Both the position numbers and the translations under genes were made by a program. The notes under the pieces were generated by a model. That model was not told the origin of the DNA. It ran no database searches and worked only from the letters and a program-made list of their open reading frames with translations. DNA of 64,000 nt from the NCBI RefSeq assembly GCF_003704095.1, contig NW_020847187.1, positions 310,001 to 374,000 of the forward strand, written 5' to 3'. Positions 53,901-64,000 of the stretch are shown here, piece by piece. The DNA comes from Pocillopora damicornis. Its lineage: Eukaryota. Within the stretch, counting starts at the first letter, position 1. Each line of letters starts with the position of its first letter.

Positions 53901-56900
53901 ACCAACTAAAGAAGCTCATGATTGTTCAACATATTCTCCTTGTCAGCACCTTGAGAAATGTATACAGAACAGTAGGGAGAATATGCATATTCACATTTGG
54001 GTGTGGAGGGATAATAGTTAGCAGCCACCTGCCAGGGAAACCTGATCAATAGCTTGTGGGCAGGTGGTGTGCACACTCTGATTACATTGCATCATTGTCA
54101 TAAAATGAAAAGTGAGTCATTTGCATCCTGTTGCAGTAGAGTGAACATCTCTGGTGGCAGGGGGATAGCGTGAATAAACATGGAATGTAATGGGGATTCC
54201 CTGCCTGTTGCCATTCCTTTGAACATTAAAAAGTGTTTGCAGGCTTGCACGACTCCTGTTATTCCCTCGTGAAAAATTACATTTACCTATGGCTAAAGGA
54301 AAAGGAACGGCCTAACTTTTACAGAATGTTCAGTCAAAATCTGCTGATTTCTGCTGCTTTCTGCTGCTTTCATTGCCATATTAAAAATGAAGTTACCACA
54401 ATGCAACACAATTGCAGTGTGCACACCGCCTGGCTTGTGGGTAGTCATTGATAAAGTAGCAGTTCATCTCTGGGTGTCGGTAGAGACAACTGTCCTAGTT
54501 ACTTCATGAGAGCTGAGCTCTGGCAAATGTGGAACACTAAACTAAAATGCAGACTTTCGACTCTTAAAGTTCATAATTAATTTACATACAGTATTTCTTT
54601 CATAATTCTTTCCTTTTGGAGAAATCTACCTAAAGTATTCCAAACTATTCTCCACTATTTTTGATTTATTTCTCTTTATACACACTCACATAGCAAGAAA
54701 AATGCTACAACTACTTTAAATTTATAAGTTTGACTACTCATTTCATAACTTACCAAATCAATCGGTGCTCTAATTCCAGGGTCCCTAAATGGATCATACT
54801 GTCCAGGGCCTGGTCCTCCAGTTCCTGAGAAATACATAAACGGTTTCATTACCTGTGTGATACAATTTAATTTCAAGCAAGAAAAGTGTAATAAAAAATT
54901 AAAGCTACCTTAAGATAGTAGCAATGAGCATTAACCTTCTCAGGACTTCTAAGTAATCAGAGCACAGTTTCTCACATACTGTACATGTCCATCTTAACAC
55001 CAGACCAACCTTTAAATTGCATTCTCTTTGATGTTCTGTTCCCAAAATGAACTCCCTTGTATCTTTGAACAGTGGCAGTTTCCCTCTAAATGAAAAGTTA
55101 AAATTGTAAATAAATGTAAAAAAATCTAAAAAACATGACTATATTAGTAATTATAACTCTATAGACTGCTCTATTGATCTCAGTTTGTGTCTCTTTTTTA
55201 TGAGAATAATTTGAAAGCAAATATTACATTTTTTTAACCATCTCTGTATGCATTGTATTGCAGCTAGTCATTTGATTAATTGTTAGTATTTTTTAATCAT
55301 AGCCTCTGATTCTAATTTCTTAAAATTTAATGCTTACGTGATTAACACTATAATAAGCAGGTCCCATGGTGCTGTCGCGAGTCGGCACATCCTGTGGCCG
55401 TAGAGTTCCATCTGCTCCTTCTTCATATCCATATGCTTTGCCAGGTGATGGAATGGAGGGTGGGTCAGCCTTCCTCTGAAATGTTATGCGACTTGTCTTG
55501 TATAGCTATAAAAACATACATTCAGATGAGTATAATTATTAAAATTATTTTCTGCTAATATTGCTGTTAATACATACTGTATAATTATGTATTTTTTGTC
55601 AAGTGAAGAGTCATCCTTGTCAAGTTTTACACATTATTTTAGGTCAGATGCAATCCCAAGAATGCTCTCATCTCATTACACTTTGAACTAGGCAACAGAA
55701 TGGAATAGCCAGAAGCTTGATGTTTGAATTAAATATCACACAAATCAAGGGGTCAGTTGTTCACCCATCAACAACATGAAACCAATAACAGCAACTTGCA
55801 TCAAATCCAGGCAGGTAGTAATTATATTTGGTTTATCACAGAAAAAACATGAATGTTTCAGTATCAATTAAAAACTGTTTTTCAACATGACATATTATAA
55901 CAAAATCTCTGCCACTTACAGATCCATCTTTCATTCCTTCTTGAACTTGTATATCAGGAGGTAGTGCCTTTTGAGGCTGATTCTCTCTCAACCAATCACT
56001 TCTTTTTTGTAAGTTATAAGCTCCTGGCCCAGGAGTATGAGATTGTTTATCACTGAATCTAGAAGCCTGTAATGATAGATGAGGTCTCAATTCATACATT
56101 GCATGAGAATATATATGCAGTATTTAAGATAAATATGTGCACTTTGGAAGTCATCTCATCATGGTAAAATAAATTTATCATTTTTATTTTTTCTCTGAAT
56201 TTCTCAGTGATGCTGAGCCAATTTATTGCAACTTCAAAAGTGGACAAACCAATAGTTAGCACTGAACCATTTGCTATACCCACTATCCACATGCAGAACC
56301 AACAAACAACATGTATTAAGAATTCAATAAAATAACTAAAAAAATTAGACCAACAGACCATCCAACTAGGTTGTAAAGATTTCGATTCAGTTACAGAGCA
56401 TGCAATACATATTCAAAAGAACATTCCAACAAACAACTTTTAGTTTAAACACATTCAGTTCTTCGTTCAGATTTTGGCATGAATTTGCAGTGTGAACATT
56501 CCTAACATCACTCTAAAGTAGTTTTCTGGAGATATATATGATTATGGTGAAATATTAATCACATACAAGAAAAAATTGACAAGATTGATGAAAACACAGT
56601 ACTCACTCTGTTGGCCAGCGTGTGTCCTCCCCTCACTCTCTCTCCCATTATACCAGGATCATACTGGCCAGGTCCTGGTGCAGCCACGACATTGTCACCA
56701 ACATCAAGAAATGTTTCACGTGCCGTCATGGATAAGAATGGTGCGTATCCATCTGCAGATCACAAAAGTTGGGTAATTGGCCTTCAATTTTTCAAGTCAA
56801 CGAAATTATTACCTACATTTTAAGATCCAATTTAGAACACAGACCAGCCTTAAATGTCAAAATAAACAATGCAGTTAATGGTTTGAACCTGGAGATAACA

Positions 56901-57598
56901 TTATTTTCATTGTGCAGTCTGATCGTCCGGATAAGTGTAGTCCTGAGAAGGACTGTTGTCAGTGGTAGTGACTAATGTTTCAACAACCTGAAGAGTTTGT
57001 TTCAGTGGTTGTAGCAGGTCGGTAAGTATTTTGTCAAATTAAGTCGTTGTTGTAGATGAAGCAACTGCTGAAACAAACAATAACGCAACTCCTACATACA
57101 CCTTACATATTGGGCATGCTTGAAACAGCCCAATTTACGGGTGAGTTCTTATGGGCAGCTAAGAAGTTACCTCTGATCTATTGGTATTACTGCTGCTTAG
57201 CTGTTAAGGGTGCTGTAACGTCCCTATGGTATTTTTCTTCCCGATTACTTTGAGGAAGTGTTGAAGGTAACAATGTTAGTCCACACGCACATACATATTG
57301 GTAAAGTAAGAAGATTACGAGTCGATTTATAGTGCTACATGTTGTGGGTTTGTACTCACATCTTTCGGAATACACTTGCTTCTTTACTGAAAGGTGAGTT
57401 TTGAGTTTTACGCTGTACCAAGTACAAAATTTCAATTCACCACACAGCTGGACTAAACATGCATAGTTTGTTCTGCTGTTTCTAAACCATACCGTGTTTT
57501 GTGCGTCCATGTTCCGCGGCTTCATACGATCCTGGCCCAACATTCTGACCTGTACTGTCTGTTGGTTTCGTAAGTGACCTTGGGGCTCGATCGTACAT
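47907..57598 (-). CDS. STPG2: Sperm-tail PG-rich repeat-containing protein 2 (SHIPPO repeats), 18 exons, ~581 aa
   Basis: Start MYDRAPR...VGPGSY, then APFLSMTARE, PSIPSPGKAYGY, DSTMGPAYY and many PGPGxY repeats. Exons, all GT-AG and phase-consistent: 57598-57493, 56752-56607, 56066-55920, 55505-55338, 55085-55010, 54824-54754, 53680-53642, 53402-53358, 52552-52442, 51830-51751, 51421-51342, 50815-50761, 50225-50140, 49916-49807, 49319-49265, 48891-48769, 48511-48399, 48041-47907. Total 1746 nt. Confidence 0.9.
52961..53105. mobile_element. Diverged MITE in an STPG2 intron
   Basis: Ends ggcccagttgt ... tttggacaacc. Internal ggataa/tatcc repeats. Confidence 0.5.
53803..54014. repeat. ~210-bp dispersed repeat family with ttaaccc...gggttaa-type ends (multiple copies)
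   Basis: The shared core (tgatcaccaactaaagaagctc...attctccttgtcagcacc...gagaatatgcata) recurs at ~43365-43553, 61878-62070, 62657-62862 (inverted) and partially at 26755-26858. Confidence 0.75.
56911..56991 (-). repeat. Fragment of a second Penelope-type repeat
   Basis: Reverse complement of the copy at 61170-61250 (caggttgt.gaaacat.agtcac...gacaacagtccttctcaggactacact). Confidence 0.7.
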
Positions 57599-57683
57599 TT
57601 TCAGGAGGCAAAATATTGCTGTTACTACCACAATCTGTTCGCTGCCTATTTCGGTCAGTTTCGGACATACATGGCGGGTCGTT

Positions 57684-57697
57684 GTTGTTATGGTAAC
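57684..57697. promoter_or_regulatory. RFX X-box-like motif in the STPG2/SSBP1 divergent promoter
   Basis: GTTGTTATGGTAAC resembles the palindromic X-box GTTGCCATGGCAAC. It lies ~85 nt upstream of the ATG of a ciliary gene. Confidence 0.6.
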
Positions 57698-58002
57698 AAA
57701 TGGTAACACCTTTTCCAATTTGAGTGCGGTAGACTGGAGACTAACGCAGTGCTCTGGAGTGTTTTGTTTTTACGGGGTAGCTGTGAGGAAATAGAGATTT
57801 AAGATGTTACAAAGCCATTTTGGCTGAAAATTGTTCTCTGATATGTTTGAGTAAACCTTCCTTTCGTGCAAATGGTCTATGAGTCCTTCATACAACTGAT
57901 ATCCATATAAAAAGCCGTGATTTGTGGAATAAACTAGGTTAGACTGCGCGGGAAAGTAAGTGAGGCGAGGTTACAAAGCAAATGATCAGACACTCTGCAA
58001 GC

Positions 58003-61000
58003 ATGTTTCGTCGACAAGGTCTCGTGCAGGTAAGATGGGGAATATTTGTACCTTTACCAAGTTATACTCTTTCCTGGGTTTTGAGAGAATATTTTATGAT
58101 AAATTTTTGTTGTTCTTTTCAGCTTAAACGAATCGCCACACGATGTGAAGGAGAAGTGCCTCGGAGAAGCGGAAAGTGTAAGTCAGCATGTTGCAAATGG
58201 TGTGCTCGTCATTGGAATCCTCACTTCATTTAAGATAGAATACAATAAATATCGTAGCCTTTAATCTCTGAAATCAAATTATTTTGAAGCGTTTAAAGCA
58301 ATCAGTTTGAACTCTCCTCTTCCCCCACCTCAGAGGGTTTAATTTTCTCCAATGAGAGGATTGGGTCACGTCATAAAAGACGGCTATGGATTACGTTCAG
58401 CGGTTGATATTGTATCTCTGGCTTCACTTTGAACTTGCCTGATCACAGATCTTTGGACTGGTACACTTAAAATCACTATGAGGACTAGTTCCTGAAAACA
58501 TTCATTATGTAGAATGGAACTGAACATAACTAACTCTAATTCTTGAAGGGAAACTAACGGAAAGTAACTTGCAGTCTAAGGCAGCTGGTGGCAGAAGACT
58601 GAAAAAAAAAGCTGAATAAATTGTTATGTTAGATGGAAGTTTAATTAACGAAATTCAAATTTGTGAAGGTTTACCTTTACTTTTGGTGGACCTCAAAGTG
58701 AATGAGGGGCCTTGATACTGGCAATATACCTTAGTACAAGTGTCAAAACTGCAAAATTTGTAGCTCCCTGATATATAAGACTGACTTGAATAACACGTGA
58801 AGCTTATCATAGTTATTGAAGAATGAAGCAACTGGGTATACAGGATATCCTTCTGACTGGAATGCTAATCGGTTCAGTTTGACTCTTCTACTTGAAGTAT
58901 CTTCTCTGTGGCAGTTTTCTGGTATCCTGGCTTAGAAGGTGCAATATGAAAGGGCATGTCTTACCCATGATCACAACCCTGGCCACAGGTCAAACCCAAA
59001 CCTTCCTATGCAGGGTCCATAACAGCAGGCATCAGGCCACCACTATCAGGATATCCTTCAAAATGAAAAATTTATCTAAGCTGTTTCATTCATGCCCACA
59101 GGTCTCAACAGTGTACAGTTGATTGGTTATACAGGAGGTGATCCAGTGAAAGGGAGTGCAGACTACCAGCCAACTAAGTTTAGCTTGGCAACAACACAAT
59201 ATTATACATCAAGAGAAGGTAAATAATAATGGTGTATCTTTGTCAGTCAACTTTTGACCAAACAAGGAATGTATTATCCTCCTGATATGTAAGAGTTTGT
59301 AGGGCAGAAGGCAAAGTTGTAGGTGTAAGGTTGAAGTGTTTCTTTCATTTGAAAAGTGCTGCCAGGAAAAGTCTTGATACGTTATACAAAATGAATGAAA
59401 ATTGTATTATTAAGTATTTTTTTTAATCACAGAGATTCACATTTTTTATCTTTTTTTATTTCTAAAGATTATGTTTATGGTGACAAGGAAGTCCAATGCA
59501 ACCTACTGTACCCCTTGTCTCTCTAATGGATTTACTCAGAAATTGCTTATAAATTAATACAATACCCATAATTGTGTCAATAACAAACCAAGTGGTTCTT
59601 TACAGCCCTTATTTGTGGCTAAATTGGCTTTTTTAAGCCCAAACTATCCAATTTCACCCGTCTGATTACAAACACTTTCAAATCAGACAGTTAAGCAGCC
59701 AACTAAAATTTTTGCATTTTAAGTGAACTGAGCCAACAAAACTTTACTACTTAGCTGATGCTAGCCACTCAAAATGAAGAAGAATTTTTAAGTTAAGCAG
59801 GTTGAGAGATCAACATTGATAACAAACATACAAATGAACTGGTCCAATGACTATGATTCAGTATCAGTAAGAAGGGTCCATACTCCTAAATTGAAGTTTT
59901 TGTTCCCCATATTTTGTCATTGGTACAGTTGGTAATTGAACTTGTCAAACAATTTAGGGGTAATCACACTTGCAAATTTCACACCAGTGTCATGATATGC
60001 ATTGGGCCAATTTGAAATCACATGCCAAATTACTGAATTGTTGTCCACTTAGTCCTATTACCATTTCTAATAATGATGTAGAAAAAGCCTTGTCAATGCA
60101 GTCTGATTAAATCCCTCTGACCTACACCAACAAATTATCTGAGGTCACTCTGACATGATTCCAGTGCTGAAATGTAGTTTTTAAATGATGTTTATTGTCC
60201 TTTCAATAGGAACTACTGTTTTCATCTGACTCCCTTGCTTTGTAGAAAAACTGGAGAGTAGGACACAGTGGCACAACATTACAGTTTTCAGACCCTACTT
60301 ACAAGATACAGTTAACAGCTATGTGAGAAAGGGGTAAGTTCTTCATAAAAAACTATCATGGATTTAGTTATAGATTCATGAAACCTTAGCTTTTGATTCT
60401 AGCCCTGAATTGCCTACTAAAGTGAAAGTTACTGGTAGCTTAGAAACATTGTTCAATTAAGGATCTCAGTGAAGATTTCAGAAAGTATTGGTGGTTATAC
60501 CCTTTCAGTGCAATGTACAGAACTGGAGATCAGAGAATTCTCTGGGTATCATGTAGAATTCTCTAACTGAATTTGAAGGCCTCAGCCAGTTTTTTTGATT
60601 CAGATTTGGAGAATTTTCCAATATTCCTCTTTGCTGTACATTTCTTATGGTTTTAGTTTAAAGGAATTGGTATTGTATCAACCATGAAACCCCTACTTGG
60701 TATTTTTATTTATTCTCAGCACTTGCTTCTGTTGTTTTACTTAATATTGTTCTATGTGTAAATTCATATTTTCTGTTTAACTCCCAGAACACGTGTGTTT
60801 GTTGAAGGACATATAGACTACAACAACTATGTTGACCAGGAAGGGATCAAGAGGTTTAGCACAAGTATCATTCCCAGTAAGAATTTATTGACAACTTGAA
60901 AACAGCTTTCAATTGTTTGCCTTAAATTAACATTTCACAAATTGGCTTGAAACAGCTCCAATGACAAACTATGGCATGCTACAGTATTTTGCCAATAGGT

Positions 61001-61422
61001 AACTCAAAGTAAAGGATCATTAGTATTGTATTTTTTTTACCTTTTACATTCCCTTTTGAAAAAATGAGATTAGAAATAAGACAAACTTGAACAACAAATT
61101 GCTTTCTACAGTAAATGGTTTGAACCTGAGCAGAATTCATCATCTGAGGGGAGTCTGACTATGACTTTCACTCAGGTTGTCAAAACATCAGTCACCACGA
61201 CTGACAACAGTCCTTCTCAGGACTACACTCACCTGGACAATCAAACTACACTTTCACAAATGGCTTTTCAAAAGAAACTACATCAACTGGGAAAACATTT
61301 ATGTGGAAAATTTCTACCTTTGGTTTTGTTAATTTTCTTTTTTTGATTTTGCAGATAATATCATCATTCTGTCTCAGCCTATGACAGTGGACGAGGATCC
61401 TGGTTATGAAAGCTATCAATAA
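58003..61422 (+). CDS. SSBP1: Mitochondrial single-stranded DNA-binding protein, 6 exons, ~147 aa
   Basis: Exons 58003-58029 (MFRRQGLVQ), 58123-58177, 59102-59218 (LNSVQLIGYTGGDP...FSLAT), 60246-60333 (TQWHNITVFRP...YVRKG), 60788-60876 (RVFVEGHIDY) and 61355-61422 (NIIILS...TAA) total 444 nt in frame. SSB OB-fold motifs present. An in-frame upstream ATG exists at 57982. Confidence 0.92.
61153..61250 (+). repeat. Penelope-type repeat with a decayed hammerhead-like core, in SSBP1 intron 5
   Basis: ctgacta tgac tttcactcaggtt gtc aaaa catc agtc is a mutated CTGANGA...GAAA-CGTC layout. An inverted copy is at 56911-56991. Confidence 0.55.
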
Positions 61423-62473
61423 TAATCATCATTCAGTTGTGTAAAATTGCTGTGTATGTTTGAAAACAGTTTTAAGTCTTGGGCAGGCAAACTGACTCAA
61501 TCACAAAAAGCTTTTGGAGGCCACCTCTAATTTCATAGCTGTACTTATTTGTTTAGATATCTTTGTAATATTAAAGTTACTCTCTTTCTTTTTCACCTCT
61601 ATGATCAGTTCACTTTGCCAACCAGAAAAACTTTCTGAGTGCAATCAACTGAAAACATAGGTATCAGATGAACTCATACCAGTGTAACGATGAGTCTTCC
61701 TAAATAGGATCTTCTAATTAATACAGTAAGCATAAAAAGACGAAATACCTACAGGGTTGTTATTCAAAGTATTAAAATTGCTCCACACTGATTAGCAGAT
61801 GCTTTTAAACCTTTTGTAATATTTCTTAATGGGAGAGTCTGGTTTGTTACATGTGGTTGAGGTTGCAGTAATAGTGTAACCTTTAAACCCTTGCATCTTA
61901 TTTCTCCTCACAATATCACAACTGAATCACACACAACGTCATGAGGATAAAGAATATTATCACCAACTGAAGAAGCTCCTGATTGTTAAACAAATTCTCC
62001 TTGCCGATACCTCAGGCAATTTATGCAGAATGGTGTAGAGAATATGCATATTGATGTTAGGGTGTTAAAAGGAAATGTTTAGACTTTAGGTTTAATTTCT
62101 CTTTTACAAAGTGGTGATCAACTTCAAGATAACATGGTAAAAAAATGAGACGCCTTTCATATATGGAAATCCTTAAAGTATACTTTAGGATTTTTGGCAT
62201 ATTTTGCATGATGGACAAAATTTGCCAGTATTTACCATTTACCACATTTTAAAACTGCTGTTAGAATGTTCAAACTGAAATAGATAGAGCAACTTTCCTC
62301 CCAAATAAATTAAACCTCACCCTAGGAATACAGGTCACAGAGTCACTTGGCCTTCATTTGATCATGGTGAAAGGAGACTAAAATTTATGGACATAAACAA
62401 GTTTATGATCCCAGTTTAGGCAAACTATTCCAAACAATCTGTCAGTACAATAGATGTGTTAATATGTTAGTTT

Positions 62474-62632
62474 GGTATCCAGTCGTTTCGTATCCAAATT
62501 CGGTCGATTTATGCTCAGTTTGAGTCGGTCTGTGCGCCAACCGCCGGTCGACCCGTATCCGTCCCAATATACATTCGAAATATCTCGCGCGTGGGCGAAT
62601 CAGCCAAGCTGGGTACGAAACGACAGGGAACC
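62474..62632. mobile_element. MITE-like element with ~23-bp TIRs
   Basis: Ends ggtatccagtcgtttcgtatcca ... tgggtacgaaacgacagggaacc. Confidence 0.65.
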
Positions 62633-63742
62633 GATAGTTCCTATCCTGTTTTAGTTTTACCTTTTACACCTTAACATCGCGATGCACATTCTCTATACCT
62701 CTCCACTCATTCCCAAAGGTGCTGAAAAGGAGAGTTTGTTCTACAATTAAGAGCTCTTAAAGTTGGTGATCATTTGCTTTATTCTCGTGACCTTATTGTT
62801 TGATTCAGGAATGATGTTGTAAGGAGAAATAAGATGCTAATCACTCATTGGGGTCAAAGGGCCAATCATTGGTATGTAACTCAATCGTAATTATTAAAGC
62901 TAACTTATAACTATTTACAAGATGAATGGTTTCCGTGACTGATTAAAAAGGTCCCCGAAAGAATTCAGTCACGGAGAGAGCAGATAAAATTTGGCTCGAA
63001 GAGACGAATGTGTTACGATCCCCAAATTCTTAATATGAGCAGAACCACGCGATAAAACCGTTCACAGAATTTTGCTAGGGCTAGGATCAGTGACGGTGTG
63101 AACCTTTCAGAAGATAAGGCAGCCTTTTCCTCAAGAAGACCTATTATTCACTTTGATTGCTGAATCCTTAAAATATCGCGACGAGAGGTAGAAAGGAGGG
63201 GGTAGGGTAGGGATTTCAGGACCGCAGACCACCTCGGCTGGTACTTAATTTACCCAAGCAGAACACTGCCCTGACTGAAATGAAAATTTTTTCACAGTTG
63301 TGAACTTTCAGCAATAAATGTTCACTAAAACGATGTGGACCCTTATCCTCTAACCCAATGTAAGCAGTAACAATTCCTCCACCTTTTTAAGTGTTGTTAG
63401 GCAGTGTTTCCAATAAATCACGGCTGCCGCAGACCAGACTGAAGCATAGCCCCGGCATATCATCATGGATAAGGGAATCGAAGAGCACGGCTACTAGTAT
63501 AGGATGTATTTGCTAACAGCAAGGAGGTTGGAGGAGATTTCATCAGTAGCCAGTACTTTATTCTGGAATGAATTTCTCGTGGCATTGGAGGATGATCTCT
63601 GGTCAGGTCTGTTAATCACTCCCCAGTAACACCCCTTTGGGCGTCGGTGTCCCTAATACTTACATATGCTGATTACAGGACCTTAGTTGACTTGCAACAG
63701 AGTTTACAGTTATCAGGAATTTCGACTAAGTTTCGTTTTAAG

Positions 63743-63846
63743 ATGTCTTTAAACCAAAACCAAAACGATTACAACGGCAAACCAGAGAGTGGGATGGAAC
63801 AACTCCAAGTGAAAAAAGGCAAACTTGTGAGAGATGCGGATAAAAC
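63743..63846 (+). CDS. Possible first coding exon of an unidentified gene continuing beyond the window
   Basis: ATG...MSLNQNQNDYNGKPESGMEQLQVKKGKLVRDADK followed by AC|GTAAAT. The window ends in a strong polypyrimidine acceptor (ttcttttttttag at 64000). No homology recognised. Confidence 0.3.
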
Positions 63847-64000
63847 GTAAATGAACAAATCTCAATTGGGTTGATTTTTTTTACTGAAGGGTACAACTCA
63901 CGCATCCCAGAGTACTACTTTTTAAGCATCACTTGTGTCACTTTAAATAAATTTTCACCCTAATTTCTTGAACACAAATCTTTGTCGTTCTTTTTTTTAG

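Noticed and set aside
41387-61422. Functional cluster of mitochondrial genes (phnX, SSBP1)
   Set aside because: Only two genes with unrelated functions, so adjacency is likely chance.

Overview
Eukaryotic, intron-rich, AT-rich animal DNA, most likely a stony coral (inferred from gene content and repeat types). It contains three N-gaps. Genes built by hand from splice sites, in window order: (1) two alternative 5' coding segments of a cGMP-dependent protein kinase (PRKG1-like, minus strand), with the shared exons lying off the left edge; (2) a 7-dehydrocholesterol reductase (DHCR7, minus) with an intronless CDS and an N-terminal octapeptide repeat; (3) a 3-exon phosphonoacetaldehyde hydrolase (phosphonatase, PhnX, minus) with a separately encoded, probably mitochondrial presequence; (4) an 18-exon STPG2 (minus), head-to-head with (5) a 6-exon mitochondrial SSBP1 (plus). 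The rest is non-coding and holds MITEs, tRNA-derived SINEs, long palindromes and hammerhead-ribozyme-like repeats. The best candidate for an under-described system is host-encoded, intron-containing, probably mitochondrial C-P bond catabolism by PhnX in an animal. Next is the vertebrate-like alpha/beta alternative-first-exon arrangement of PKG.
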